DNA of 64,000 nt from an uncultured Fusobacteriaceae bacterium (GCA_947038515.1 CAMQWJ010000006.1:46765-110764); one strand, 5' to 3'; positions 31,269 to 42,237 are shown, counted from the first letter of the stretch. Numbers and translations are program-made. Notes: generated from the letters alone by a model not told the origin.

Positions 31269-32765
31269 TTATTTCATACTCCCAGTTTTCAAAAATTTAT
31301 CATGCCATGACAAAGCCTCACCTAAAATATGTGGTTCATGTCCCTGCACTTCTAATGAAGCTCTTTCAAAATAATCGCTAAGTTTTTCTCTATAATCTGG
31401 ATGTGCACAATTTTGGATTATAGCTTCTGCTCTTTCTTTAGGAGAAAGTCCTCTTAAATCGGCTATTCCTTGTTCTGTTATTACAACTTGTACATCATGT
31501 TCAGTATGATCAACGTGAGATACCATTGGAACAATGGAAGAAATCAATCCATTTTTAGCAGTTGAAACAGTTGTAAAAATTGAAATATATGAATTTCTTG
31601 TAAAATCACCAGAACCTCCTATACCATTCATCATTTTACTTCCCATAATCATAGTGGAATTTACATGACCATAAATATCAATTTCTATAGCTGTATTTAT
31701 CGAAATCACTCCTAATTGTCTTGCTAATATTGGATTGTTAGATATTTCTTGAGGTCTTAATATACAATACTTAGAATAATGTTCTATATTTTCTAACAAT
31801 CTCTTCAAACCAATATCAGATGGAGTAAAAGAAGTACCTGAGGCCATCTTAACTTTTCCAGCATCAATAAGGTCTAACATAGAATCTTGAATAACTTCTG
31901 TAAAACATGTTAAATCTTTATATTTTGATTTTATTAATCCACCTAAAACTGCATTTGCAACTGAACCCACTCCTGATTGAAGAGGAAGTAAGTTTTCTGG
32001 AAGCCGTCCAGCCTCAACTTCACAATCAAAAAATTTTATAATATGTTTTGATATTTTTTCTGAATCTTCATCTGTTTCTCCCAAAGATCTCATTTTATCT
32101 GGTATAGCACATTCAACTATTGCAACTATTTTAGAAGGATCACATGGAATATAATAGGTTCCTATTCTATCTCCTGGATTTAATAATGGAATAGGCTTTC
32201 TATTTGGTGGAAGATCAGTCATATAAATATCATGACACCCTACTAATTCCAATGGTTGAGTAGTATTTATTTCTATAATTACCATATCTGCTTCAGCTAT
32301 GGCTTGTGGAGTTATCCCTATAGATGTTGTTGGAACTATTCCACCCTCTTCAGTAATAAGACAAGCTTCCACTATAGCAATATTTATTTTACCAAAATAT
32401 CCTGAACTCATCCACTGTGGAACATGACTCAAATGCATATCTTGATATTTAATTTTTCCACTATTTATCTGTTTTCTAATTTCATTATTCGTTTGATATG
32501 GAAACCTTCTAGCAATGGCACCTGCTCTTGCCAATGCTCCATCTAACTCATCACCTACTGATGCCCCAGTTATTAGAGTTAAATGATATTCTTCACCTGT
32601 TTTTTTTATTTTCTCTGCTAAAGCTAATGGAACAGCTTTAGGATATCCTGATGGTGTAAAACCACTTGTCGCTACCACCATATTAGGTTTTATAAATTCA
32701 CACGCTGATTCTGCACTCATTACTTTACTCTTTAATGCTTTATTAAGAATTCGATTTTCTAACAT
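31269..32765 (-). CDS. Acetyl-CoA hydrolase/transferase family CoA-transferase (succinate/propionate CoA-transferase, ScpC-like)
   Basis: Family pattern and operon context. 498 aa. Confidence 0.7.
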   Translation of the reverse strand: MLENRILNKALKSKVMSAESACEFIKPNMVVATSGFTPSGYPKAVPLALAEKIKKTGEEYHLTLITGASVGDELDGALARAGAIARRFPYQTNNEIRKQINSGKIKYQDMHLSHVPQWMSSGYFGKINIAIVEACLITEEGGIVPTTSIGITPQAIAEADMVIIEINTTQPLELVGCHDIYMTDLPPNRKPIPLLNPGDRIGTYYIPCDPSKIVAIVECAIPDKMRSLGETDEDSEKISKHIIKFFDCEVEAGRLPENLLPLQSGVGSVANAVLGGLIKSKYKDLTCFTEVIQDSMLDLIDAGKVKMASGTSFTPSDIGLKRLLENIEHYSKYCILRPQEISNNPILARQLGVISINTAIEIDIYGHVNSTMIMGSKMMNGIGGSGDFTRNSYISIFTTVSTAKNGLISSIVPMVSHVDHTEHDVQVVITEQGIADLRGLSPKERAEAIIQNCAHPDYREKLSDYFERASLEVQGHEPHILGEALSWHDKFLKTGSMK

Positions 32766-32826
32766 TTGGATCCCTCCTCCATTTGTTCATTTATTTTTTT
32801 AAAATTTAAAAATAAAATTATTTCAT

Positions 32827-34194
32827 TTAAATCGGAAGTTTGAATAATATTATACTAAATATTACCATTGCAAATAGAGCAAAAGGATAAGTTGCTCCAT
32901 AACCTGCAGCAGGGTCATCAGTTCCTATAGCATCTATTGCAACACCTAATCCTGGTGTCGATGTCATCCCACCACAAATTGCACCTGAAAGCATTATCCA
33001 GTTAATACCTAAAGCATATCGCCCTACTATAAATCCTGACACCATTCCAGCTGTTCCCACAACAACTGCAATTAATGACAACCACAGCCCTACTCCTGAA
33101 AGAGAATTAATAGCAGTATATCCATATCTTAAACCAACAATTGCAATAAACATTGCAAGTCCTATATCTCGTATTCCTGATAATATTCGTTTATCCATTC
33201 TAAAGCATAGTCCAAAAAACTTTCCGATATGTGCAAAGACTAAACCTATTATAAGAATTCCCCCTGTTGAACTGAGGGAAAATAACCCTAGTGGACCCAT
33301 TTTAATTTTTAATGTTCCTACAAAATATCCAACTACACACACCATCATAAAAGCAGTCAAATCAAAAATCACCGGTGTTATCTCTTTTCTTGTATCACTA
33401 CTATTTTTTTCTTCCATTTCTTTATTAAATTTTCTACTTTCCTCTTCCATATTAATTTTAAAAATTTTAGGTAGAAGTTTAATAGCTAAAATAACTATTA
33501 TTACACCCCATGGATATCCTACAGCATATCCTATTCCTATATTTGCTTCTGCATTTGATAAAAATTTATTTTTTTGATCTTCTGATAGTTTTTTAGTATT
33601 ATTGACTTTTAATTCTGGATCTCCTATCATCTTAAGAATTTTTTCTTTCCCCTTTACATCTTGCTGTTCATAAAGTTCTATCACTTCTTTTGATTGGCTT
33701 TTTCCTGTTTCTATTGCTGCAGCTAGTCCTGGTGAACTAGTAAGTGCTCCTGTATATACTCCAACCAATTGATAGGCATTACTTTTATTACTTATTTTTG
33801 TCATCAAATAAGTGGTCCCAGCACTAACAAAAGTAATTAAAAAACCTAATATTATAAACTTAAAACCATATTTCTTTATAACTACTCCAACTTTCTCTCC
33901 TGCTAATAGACCTACTGCTGCTACAAACAAAATCAAAAACATAGAAAAGAACGTATCGTCTACAACAGACCTTGAAATTAAAGAATTGGCAACTTTTAAA
34001 ATTTTAGGACTCGTACTTGGATCCAACACGATAGTTAATGCATATTTTTTTACAAGCCACCCAATAATCAAGCCCAAAAATATTATTCCAGAACTTCCTA
34101 TTTTCAATATTTTTCCTAAAAGCAACCCTACAACTACTGTAAAAAACATTAAAACAAATTGATTCATAACAAAACTTTGCAAGTCAAATTCCAT
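32827..34194 (-). CDS. Two-domain membrane transporter (YidE/YbjL/AspT-like AAE-type permease), putative succinate uptake
   Basis: Two hydrophobic halves separated by a charged cytoplasmic linker. Start moved to MEFDL (GGGGG RBS) because the upstream ATG lies inside a palindrome. Confidence 0.45.
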   Translation of the reverse strand: MEFDLQSFVMNQFVLMFFTVVVGLLLGKILKIGSSGIIFLGLIIGWLVKKYALTIVLDPSTSPKILKVANSLISRSVVDDTFFSMFLILFVAAVGLLAGEKVGVVIKKYGFKFIILGFLITFVSAGTTYLMTKISNKSNAYQLVGVYTGALTSSPGLAAAIETGKSQSKEVIELYEQQDVKGKEKILKMIGDPELKVNNTKKLSEDQKNKFLSNAEANIGIGYAVGYPWGVIIVILAIKLLPKIFKINMEEESRKFNKEMEEKNSSDTRKEITPVIFDLTAFMMVCVVGYFVGTLKIKMGPLGLFSLSSTGGILIIGLVFAHIGKFFGLCFRMDKRILSGIRDIGLAMFIAIVGLRYGYTAINSLSGVGLWLSLIAVVVGTAGMVSGFIVGRYALGINWIMLSGAICGGMTSTPGLGVAIDAIGTDDPAAGYGATYPFALFAMVIFSIILFKLPI

Positions 34195-34241
34195 AGTATT
34201 TCCCCCTTTTTCTTTTATACTACTCTCTTTCATCTTCTTTT

Positions 34242-34285
34242 TTAAGAAACAAAAAGTCATCTAGCTATAACTTTTTGTTTCTTAA
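34242..34285. repeat. Palindrome copy A: ttaagaaacaaaaagt(12)actttttgtttcttaa
   Basis: Perfect 16-bp inverted repeat at the 5' end of the mmd operon. Shares its core with copy B at 35389-35432. Confidence 0.6.
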
Positions 34286-34298
34286 AAGTTTATAAAAA

Positions 34299-34360
34299 AT
34301 ACCAAAAAAGCTTCTCCACACTATTAGTATTAGTGTAAAGAAGCTTTTTTGGTATTTTTT
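34299..34360. terminator. Long hairpin terminator downstream of lysR (17-bp stem ataccaaaaaagcttct / agaagcttttttggtat, with a nested inner stem)
   Basis: Read directly. T-runs on both sides. Confidence 0.6.
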
Positions 34361-34388
34361 CATGATTCTATAACCATGGATAATATCT

Positions 34389-35294
34389 CTATAAGGTTGA
34401 TTTAAAGTCATATGATTTTACAATTTTAATAAAATCTAATAGCGTTTTGTTTATTATAGTATTCTTTAACCATACTAAACAAACCTCTATTTCAATACTT
34501 GGTTCTATATTTAAACTAACTATATTATCTTCTTTAATATAGTCTATAAATTCTTTAATAAAAAAAGTTCCTGCTTCTGAATCCAACAATAAATTTTTAA
34601 TAAGAATTGGATGGTTTATACATAATTCAATGTTGGATTCCAACTCCAATTCTTTAAATATTTTTTTTATTTTAACATTTTGATAAGAATCATTTTTTAA
34701 TAAAAGAAGAGGAACATCTTTAATTTGAAAAAAATTTATATTTTTAAAATTCTTTAATTTATGATTTTTATTAATACAGAATAGTAATTTTGTAGAAAAA
34801 ATAGGATAGCAATTTATTTTGTCAGTACAAATAGTTTTATCCCCTTTTTCTTTTATTATAAATCCCATATTTATTTCGTTATTTTTTAGCTGTTCCAATA
34901 TTCTAAAAGTTCCATTTTCAGTAATATCAATTTCTACATCAGGAAAGCTATAATGAAATTCACTAAACATTTTTGGAAATAAAAATACCCCTACCATGGG
35001 AGTAACTCCTATAGTTAAAAAAACTTTTTTACTTCCACAGTAATTCATTTCCTCTGATAGCACATCAATGTTTTTAAGAATTCTTTGAATTTTTTTCCAA
35101 AAATATAGTCCTTCATCAGTTATAACCAGTTTATTATTTTGTCTATAAAAAAAATTAAAGTTATATTCTTTTTCAAGTTCTATTAATGATTTTGAGATTC
35201 CAGGCTGCGATACAAACAATTCTTCTGCTGCTTTTGTTATACTATTATTTCTAACGATTGCATCTAAATATTTCATCTGTAAAAGTGTCATCAA
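34389..35294 (-). CDS. LysR-family transcriptional regulator
   Basis: N-terminal HTH (LQMKYLDAIVRNNSITKAAEELFVSQPGISKSL) and LysR substrate-binding domain. 301 aa. Confidence 0.8.
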   Translation of the reverse strand: MMTLLQMKYLDAIVRNNSITKAAEELFVSQPGISKSLIELEKEYNFNFFYRQNNKLVITDEGLYFWKKIQRILKNIDVLSEEMNYCGSKKVFLTIGVTPMVGVFLFPKMFSEFHYSFPDVEIDITENGTFRILEQLKNNEINMGFIIKEKGDKTICTDKINCYPIFSTKLLFCINKNHKLKNFKNINFFQIKDVPLLLLKNDSYQNVKIKKIFKELELESNIELCINHPILIKNLLLDSEAGTFFIKEFIDYIKEDNIVSLNIEPSIEIEVCLVWLKNTIINKTLLDFIKIVKSYDFKSTL

Positions 35295-35388
35295 TATTCC
35301 CCCTTATTTTTCAATTAAACTCAAACTACTCTTAATCAATATTTTTATTAGCTTCTTATTTTAATGATACAACATTTTACTTTCATTT

Positions 35389-35432
35389 CGTAAGAACAAA
35401 AAGTTATACCTTCATAACTTTTTGTTCTTACG
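35389..35432. repeat. Palindrome copy B: cgtaagaacaaaaagttat(6)ataactttttgttcttacg
   Basis: Perfect 19-bp inverted repeat upstream of lysR. Core aagaacaaaaagt shared with copy A. Confidence 0.6.
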
Positions 35433-35680
35433 CTACCAATTTGTTCTCTATTATTTTTTATTAGCTAAGTTATATAATGAAATATTTCTACATAAAAAAA
35501 TAAACCCATAATAAAATCAAAAGCTAAGATTAAGTGCAAACGCAACTATCAGCAAAAAGAGATTTTATAATGAGTCTATATAATAATACCACAAAAAAAA
35601 ACTTCCAACAATTTATTTCTATAAAAAATAGCGATTTGAAAAATTCTTAAAATTTTATTCTATGAATTTTTCATTTCTAC

Positions 35681-38600
35681 TTAAAACTTATATCCTACAC
35701 CTACTGAAACATTTATATTTCTGTTATAATCTTTCGCAAATTCATAGTTTATTCCAGCTGAATAAATCATACCTTTATCTTGTTCAACTTCAATATTATA
35801 TGCAATTTTACCAGTTATTTGTGGTAATTCTATTCCTTGAATTTCAAATTTACTTCCATTTTTTCCATTTCCAACAACATATCCATCTAACGATTTTTCT
35901 TTACTACCTAGAGTACTAATAACTCCAATTGATAATATATTTTTGATCTTTCCAGATGGTATATATACTGTTTTAATAAAATCTACCCCAACTTCAGCGT
36001 CAGCAGTACTACTCGTGGCTCTATCTACAGCAATTGATAATTCTCCAGGAGTATGACCTTCATTAACACTCTCTTGACTAACATAGTAATAACTTAGTCT
36101 AGTTTTAGGTTCTATAGTCAAATTATCTTCTAATCGTAAAGAGTATTTAGCTTCAACAAATGTATTAAATGAGTTAATATTGTATCTATCATCTGTTTTA
36201 AATGAATCATAATCATTAGAAACCCCTCTATTTACATCAGCAGAAGTATATTGATACCCAAGACCTGTCATAAACTTAAAGTTATTAATTTCAGTTTTAG
36301 CAAATGAACCTAAATACATCGATGTTCCATTTATCTCACTAGTACCTCTGAATTTAATGTCTTGATTATTACCTCCAAGTACAAATCCTACAGATGACTT
36401 ATCAGTAAGACCATATTCAGCAGTAGCAATTCCACCAATAGTATTAGTAGTAGTTTTATAGTTTCTATGACCAGTATCAAAACCATAATAATTTTTACCA
36501 GAAGCTTCATTATCATTTATAATACCAGTATATATTGCTTTACCTTGAACAATCCATTCATTAATTTTAGGTTTGATCGTAAGGTATGACATATTGTCTT
36601 CAAAAAGCTTTAGACTGTCTCTAGAAGACTTAAGAGTATAGGCATAAGGATTATTCGCATAGATCTGATCTAAAGCTGTAAGTAGTCCACCTAATGACTC
36701 ATTATATGTTTTATCATCTAAAAGAGTAGTCTTAGCAAGGGTTCCTATTTCTCCAGATGAAGCTATTGATTTATATACCTGATTTAGTTTCTCATATAGA
36801 ACACCATCAATAACAGGTGGATCAACTGGAATACTTGGGTCTAACGGTATGTTCTCTTTAAGAGTTATATTTATATCTGAACCGTCTGCTGAAAGTTTAC
36901 CATCTAGAACTAATGAGTTAGTTTTTATATGGTCTGAATCTTTCCACCAAGAATCATTAGTTTCTGGTGTTATAGTTGTTCCTCCCATAGAAACTATGGT
37001 ATCAACTCCTAAACCATTTAGTCCAACAACTAGATTTCCACCTGTTGAACTTAAATTTCCTGTATTTCCATAAAGAGCATGACCTATTACTTTTCCATCT
37101 AATGTTTTAGTTGGATCAACTCTTAAAGTTAAGTTACCGCTCTCTAGACTAATATTAGCTGCATCTGTAACTGTAATAGTTTCAAAGAGAGTAACATCTC
37201 CATTTGTATTAATAGTTTCAAATCCAGATATATTATGAAGAACATTTAAGTTGGTAGATATTTTAGTTGTAGTATTTTTTCCTAGTCCTAATACATCACC
37301 CTTTTCTCCTTCTCCACCTGTTCCACCATTTAAAGCCCCATTAATCTGAGTAGTATTTGCTAGTAATAGAGTATCATCACCATTTCCAAGATCAACACTA
37401 CCATTTATGATTGAGTTGCCTAATAGAGTGATGTCATTATTTCCTTCACTACCTCTAATAACGGCAACATCATTTTTAAGTCCTCCACCATTAAAAATAG
37501 TATTAGTAGCAGTGACTTTAGAGCCATCTTCTAAATATAGAGCAGTCTTATACCCATTAACAATACTATCTGATAAAGTCGTTTCTGAATTTTCCTTAGT
37601 AACAAGAGCCCCTTTATTAATTCCAGCTCCATTTATTATTAGGTTGGCTCCATTATTAATTAAACTTTCTGATAATAAGTAACTATCAACAGTAGTCCCT
37701 CCTGTTGGTACAGTTATTACTGTATCTGGTCTAGCGACAGTACCTATTCCTGTACCATTTAGAACTGTTTTATTAACACCACCTACATCAACTATTCCAC
37801 TACGTCCATTAGTAATTTGAGTAATATTTCCTGAATTATCAGCATTTAAAGTAATCTCAATACCGTGATTTGTTAAATTTGCAACAGAATCAACAATAGT
37901 TTTACCTGCAAGAATTCCTCCATTAATTAAAGATGTAAAAGCTCCTTTAACAGCTTGGTGTGATCCTTTTATTACCCCACTATTTGTTATGGCCCCTATA
38001 TTCCTTCCTTTAAGTCCATTCCCTGAATTATTCCAATCATTAGATATACTTCCTGAAAAAATTCCTGAATTATTTACTTTTTTAAGCTCACCATTAACTG
38101 CAACCCCATTTCCTGTATTACTAGCAATGCTTGAACCACTTACATCCTCTAATGTCAAAGTATTGTTTATTCCTTTTATAACACCATTATTCTCTACTAC
38201 TAATATATCCCCTGTGATATCTATCCCGTTTCCTACTTTAACCCAGTGATTAAACTTAGAGGATTCTCCACTAATAATTCCATTGTTACTAATATTCTCT
38301 ACTACGACTTTTTCAAATGAATTAATATAAATACCATTTGCTCCATAGTTTAATATGTCGCTGTTTTTTCCCATAATAATTCCATTGTTCTCAATTTTTT
38401 CAAGTGAAACTTCCTTTGTATCCAATTGAATGTTAATACCATTTGCTGTAAATGGATTACTTATATCAGATTCATACTCACCTTTTATCATCCCATTATT
38501 TACTACCTTTAACAATGATCCGGGTTCATCTGAGGACATTCTCTCTTCTCTTATAGTTATTCCATTTCCACCAGCGTCATTATAATCATCATATTGAGCT

Positions 38601-38785
38601 GCTATCACCCCATTATTTATGATACTTATCTTTTCACCTTCTATATTAAGTCCATCTTTCACAATATTTCCATTTATAAAATCTTCAGTTATTTCTATTC
38701 CATATCCTATACTTGAACTAACTATAAATAATGCAGTTATTAAACTCCCTATCTTTAAGCGTTCACTAATCTTTTTCTTTTTCAT
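35681..38785 (-). CDS. Type Va autotransporter adhesin (repetitive passenger plus C-terminal beta-barrel)
   Basis: Signal peptide. Passenger rich in NNG(I/V)I(x)G repeats. C-terminal beta-barrel domain ending in aromatic F (VGVGYKF). Confidence 0.7.
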   Translation of the reverse strand: MKKKKISERLKIGSLITALFIVSSSIGYGIEITEDFINGNIVKDGLNIEGEKISIINNGVIAAQYDDYNDAGGNGITIREERMSSDEPGSLLKVVNNGMIKGEYESDISNPFTANGINIQLDTKEVSLEKIENNGIIMGKNSDILNYGANGIYINSFEKVVVENISNNGIISGESSKFNHWVKVGNGIDITGDILVVENNGVIKGINNTLTLEDVSGSSIASNTGNGVAVNGELKKVNNSGIFSGSISNDWNNSGNGLKGRNIGAITNSGVIKGSHQAVKGAFTSLINGGILAGKTIVDSVANLTNHGIEITLNADNSGNITQITNGRSGIVDVGGVNKTVLNGTGIGTVARPDTVITVPTGGTTVDSYLLSESLINNGANLIINGAGINKGALVTKENSETTLSDSIVNGYKTALYLEDGSKVTATNTIFNGGGLKNDVAVIRGSEGNNDITLLGNSIINGSVDLGNGDDTLLLANTTQINGALNGGTGGEGEKGDVLGLGKNTTTKISTNLNVLHNISGFETINTNGDVTLFETITVTDAANISLESGNLTLRVDPTKTLDGKVIGHALYGNTGNLSSTGGNLVVGLNGLGVDTIVSMGGTTITPETNDSWWKDSDHIKTNSLVLDGKLSADGSDINITLKENIPLDPSIPVDPPVIDGVLYEKLNQVYKSIASSGEIGTLAKTTLLDDKTYNESLGGLLTALDQIYANNPYAYTLKSSRDSLKLFEDNMSYLTIKPKINEWIVQGKAIYTGIINDNEASGKNYYGFDTGHRNYKTTTNTIGGIATAEYGLTDKSSVGFVLGGNNQDIKFRGTSEINGTSMYLGSFAKTEINNFKFMTGLGYQYTSADVNRGVSNDYDSFKTDDRYNINSFNTFVEAKYSLRLEDNLTIEPKTRLSYYYVSQESVNEGHTPGELSIAVDRATSSTADAEVGVDFIKTVYIPSGKIKNILSIGVISTLGSKEKSLDGYVVGNGKNGSKFEIQGIELPQITGKIAYNIEVEQDKGMIYSAGINYEFAKDYNRNINVSVGVGYKF

Positions 38786-38961
38786 AAAAATTCCTCCCTT
38801 TATTTTTCTAACCCTTCCATGGCTATAATTTTATTCTTCTTCTATTTTTAGGTAGTCTATATCTTATACTATTTTTTCTGTAATTTCTTTTTTGTTTTCA
38901 TATCCTTCTATATCGTTCTAGTCTCAATCAGTATGAAAATGTTGGCTCTATAATAACGCCA

Positions 38962-39492
38962 TTATCCTCTACCTGTAGTATCCCAAAACATTGGTTTCAT
39001 TATAGGCTTTGATGCTACCGAATTTCCATGTAGACCTTTTAATGCCCCTTCTTCAATCTCTAGAGCCATCCAAGCCTCTGGTAGCCTCATAATCTCTGAA
39101 TATGGTGTTTTTATCGTTGTAAGCTTAAACCCTCTCAAAGGATAATAATTTGGATCACCTAATACAAATATTGCTTCTCCCCCTAATGATTTTAAGTAGC
39201 CAATACTTTCTTCAATTAATTTTTTACCTACACCTTTTCTCTGGTATTCAGGTAAAACACCTAAAGGAGCTAAAAGAAAAAATTTTTTCTCTGGATATTC
39301 TTCAAGTATAAATGGTGAAAATATAACATTTCCTATTATCTTACAACCTTCCTCTACAGAAATAGCAATGGAATCCTCTCTTAATAAAAAATCTTCTACT
39401 AATTTAAATATTACCGGACCTTCTTCTGTTCCGAAAGCTTCTAAGTGTAAGGCTTTTATCTCTTTAATTTTTGTTTTATCTTTGTTTATCAT
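38962..39492 (-). CDS. GNAT-family N-acetyltransferase
   Basis: QRKGVGKKLIEE acetyl-CoA binding motif. Confidence 0.7.
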   Translation of the reverse strand: MINKDKTKIKEIKALHLEAFGTEEGPVIFKLVEDFLLREDSIAISVEEGCKIIGNVIFSPFILEEYPEKKFFLLAPLGVLPEYQRKGVGKKLIEESIGYLKSLGGEAIFVLGDPNYYPLRGFKLTTIKTPYSEIMRLPEAWMALEIEEGALKGLHGNSVASKPIMKPMFWDTTGRG

Positions 39493-39581
39493 TTTATTCT
39501 CTCCCTTCTATTTTTTATATCTTCTAAGAATTCCAATTAATTTAAATAAAATAAGATTATATTTGGTCCTTTTTTTACTTT

Positions 39582-39950
39582 TTATTTTTTATCAATTGCA
39601 TTCTCATAATAAATAATTTTTTCATCTAATTTACTTAAATTTTCACTAGCTTTAGCAATCTCTTCTTGTAATAAACATCTATGATTTTTAAGTATTTCCA
39701 TTCGTTTTTCTAGTGTGGCGTCACCTAAGGCACGTAATTCGGCATACTTGTGAATTTCTTTGATTGACATACCTGTCTCTTTCAATCGCTTTATAAATTG
39801 TATCCAAGCAATATCTTCTTCACTGTAGGTACGTCTGCCATTGTCCATACGTTTTGGATTAATCAGATTTTCCTTTTCATAATAGCGTAACGTATAAATG
39901 CTAACATTAGTAATGTCAGAAAATTCACCAATAGAATATTGAGTAGTCAT
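39582..39950 (-). CDS. MerR-family transcriptional regulator
   Basis: N-terminal HTH (YSIGEFSDITNVSIYTLRYYEKENLI) and coiled-coil dimerisation. 122 aa. Confidence 0.8.
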   Translation of the reverse strand: MTTQYSIGEFSDITNVSIYTLRYYEKENLINPKRMDNGRRTYSEEDIAWIQFIKRLKETGMSIKEIHKYAELRALGDATLEKRMEILKNHRCLLQEEIAKASENLSKLDEKIIYYENAIDKK

Positions 39951-39987
39951 TTTGAAATCCCCCTATAATATTTTTATTAATATATGT

Positions 39988-40018
39988 TTGACATAGAGTT
40001 AACTCTAGATTATATAAT
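39988..40018 (+). promoter_or_regulatory. MerR-type promoter: TTGACA, 19-bp spacer containing the perfect dyad tagagttaactcta, then TATAAT
   Basis: Read directly. A suboptimal 19-bp spacer with a dyad is the classic MerR operator architecture. Divergent to merR and upstream of the SDR gene. Confidence 0.5.
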
Positions 40019-40050
40019 TAAATTATAACAAAATATAGGAGGTTATGCAA

Positions 40051-40842
40051 ATGAAAAATAATAGTTGGTATACAGTTGTCACGGGAGCAAGCTCTGGAAT
40101 CGGGTATGAAACTGCTAAAGCATTGGCAAAGAAGGGGAAAAATCTAATCATTGTTGCTAGAAATCAAGAAAATCTGCAACGATTAAAAATGGAAATCTCA
40201 CAGGAAAATTCAACAGTAGATGTAATTGTTAAAAGTGTTGATTTATCTATTATCTCCAATGCACATCAATTATATAATGAATTGAAAGAATATCCAATTG
40301 AAACATGGATAAACAATGCTGGCTTTGGTGACTACAGTAGTGTAGCTAACCAAGATTTAAAAAAAATAGAAACAATGCTCAACTTAAATGTAGTTGCATT
40401 AGTAATTCTATCAACACTTTTTGTCAATGATTATTACGACAAAGAAAATGCTCAGTTAATTAATATATCTTCTGCAGGTGGATATGTCATTGTACCAAAT
40501 GCAATTACTTATTGTGCCAGTAAATTTTTTGTAAATACATTTACGGAAGGTTTAGCAAGAGAATTACAAGAATCCAATGGAAAATTACAAGTAAAAGTGT
40601 TAGCACCTGCTGCTACAAAAACAAATTTTGGCATGGTTGCTAACAATCAAGAACAATACGACTATGATAAAATGTTCGGTACTTTTCATTCTGCAAAGCA
40701 AATGGCTGGATTTCTAATGGAATTATATGATAGTAATTTTAATGTAGGAGCAATCGACCGAGAAACATTTAAATTTATTTTACAAAATCCACAATTTGCT
40801 TATGCAGGGAGTTCTACCCATAATCAAAAAAAGGATCTTTAA
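40051..40842 (+). CDS. Short-chain dehydrogenase/reductase (SDR)
   Basis: VVTGASSGIG cofactor motif and YxxxK active site (YCASK). AGGAGG RBS 8 nt before ATG 40051. Confidence 0.8.
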   Translation: MKNNSWYTVVTGASSGIGYETAKALAKKGKNLIIVARNQENLQRLKMEISQENSTVDVIVKSVDLSIISNAHQLYNELKEYPIETWINNAGFGDYSSVANQDLKKIETMLNLNVVALVILSTLFVNDYYDKENAQLINISSAGGYVIVPNAITYCASKFFVNTFTEGLARELQESNGKLQVKVLAPAATKTNFGMVANNQEQYDYDKMFGTFHSAKQMAGFLMELYDSNFNVGAIDRETFKFILQNPQFAYAGSSTHNQKKDL

Positions 40843-40971
40843 AATAAATTTTAATTCACCAACCGTCATAAGTTTATATCCATCTCAGTATAAAAATATA
40901 TATTCTTAATACTTTCAGAAGATAATTATCTTTTAAAAGAAAAATAACCCTTCTTATTTCCAGACACAATT

Positions 40972-41018
40972 AAAAAAGGACCCTACAGATAAAATTAATT
41001 ATCTGTAAAGTCCTTTTT
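40972..41018. terminator. Bidirectional terminator between the SDR gene and tuf
   Basis: ggaccctacagataa-aattaa-ttatctgtaaagtcc plus T-run. Confidence 0.6.
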
Positions 41019-41052
41019 ATTTCAACCTAAATCACTTTAGATTTTTTATGAA

Positions 41053-42237
41053 TTACTTAGTTATTTCTGCAACTACTCCAGAAGCAACTGTTCTTCCACC
41101 CTCTCTTATCGCAAATCTTAATCCTGTTTCCATTGCAATTGGGTGAATTAATTCTACTGTCATTTCTATGTTATCTCCTGGCATTACCATCTCTACACCT
41201 TCTGGTAAGTTGATAGCTCCTGTGATATCAGTAGTTCTAAAGTAGAACTGTGGTCTATATCCTGTAAAGAATGGAGTATGTCTTCCACCCTCATCTTTAG
41301 TTAAAACATAAACTTCAGATCTGAATCCTGTATGTGGTAAAATTGAACCTATTTTAGAAAGTACTTGTCCTCTTTCAACATCTTCTTTCTTTATTCCTCT
41401 TAATAGAACTCCAACGTTATCTCCAGCTACTCCTTGATCAAGAAGCTTTCTGAACATTTCTACACCTGTACAAGTTGATTTAATAGTATCTCTTATTCCA
41501 ACTATTTCAATCTCTTCTCCAACGTTAACTACTCCTCTCTCTATTCTTCCTGTAACAACTGTTCCTCTTCCTGTTATAGTGAAAACGTCCTCGATTGGCA
41601 TCAAGAATGGTTGGTCAATTGCTCTTGTAGGAGTAGGAATATAAGTATCTACTGCTTCCATTAATTTCATGATTTGATCTACCCATTTTTGCTCTCCGTT
41701 CATTGCACCTAATGAAGAACCTGTTATTACTGGAATTTCATCTCCTGGGAATCCGTATTCAGTTAAAAGCTCTCTAACTTCCATTTCTACTAATTCTAAT
41801 AACTCTTCGTCATCTACCATATCAGATTTGTTAAGGTAAACAATGATGTATGGAACTCCAACTTGTCTAGAAAGTAAGATATGCTCTCTAGTTTGAGGCA
41901 TAGGACCATCAGCAGCTGATACAACTAGTATAGCTCCATCCATTTGTGCTGCTCCTGTGATCATGTTTTTTACATAGTCAGCATGGCCAGGACAATCTAC
42001 GTGTGCGTAATGTCTAAGTGCTGTTTCATACTCTATATGAGCAGTGTTTATAGTTATTCCTCTTTCTCTTTCTTCTGGAGCAGCATCAATGTTAGCGAAA
42101 TCTACTTTTTTAGCTAATCCTAAATCAGATAATACTTTTGATATTGCAGCTGTTGTTGTTGTTTTTCCATGGTCAACGTGACCAATTGTTCCAACGTTTA
42201 CATGTGGTTTACTTCTTTCGAATTTTTCTTTTGCCAT
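41053..42237 (-). CDS. tuf: Elongation factor Tu
   Basis: Unmistakable EF-Tu sequence (GHVDHGKTT, 394 aa). Confidence 0.95.
   Translation of the reverse strand: MAKEKFERSKPHVNVGTIGHVDHGKTTTTAAISKVLSDLGLAKKVDFANIDAAPEERERGITINTAHIEYETALRHYAHVDCPGHADYVKNMITGAAQMDGAILVVSAADGPMPQTREHILLSRQVGVPYIIVYLNKSDMVDDEELLELVEMEVRELLTEYGFPGDEIPVITGSSLGAMNGEQKWVDQIMKLMEAVDTYIPTPTRAIDQPFLMPIEDVFTITGRGTVVTGRIERGVVNVGEEIEIVGIRDTIKSTCTGVEMFRKLLDQGVAGDNVGVLLRGIKKEDVERGQVLSKIGSILPHTGFRSEVYVLTKDEGGRHTPFFTGYRPQFYFRTTDITGAINLPEGVEMVMPGDNIEMTVELIHPIAMETGLRFAIREGGRTVASGVVAEITK

Noticed and set aside
35662-38828. Several plus-strand ORFs (35662-35919, 36849-37073, 37407-37682, 37989-38249, 38619-38828) inside the autotransporter gene
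   Set aside because: Antisense to a long, well-supported minus-strand CDS. Pro/Ser/Leu-rich artefacts of the repeat structure.
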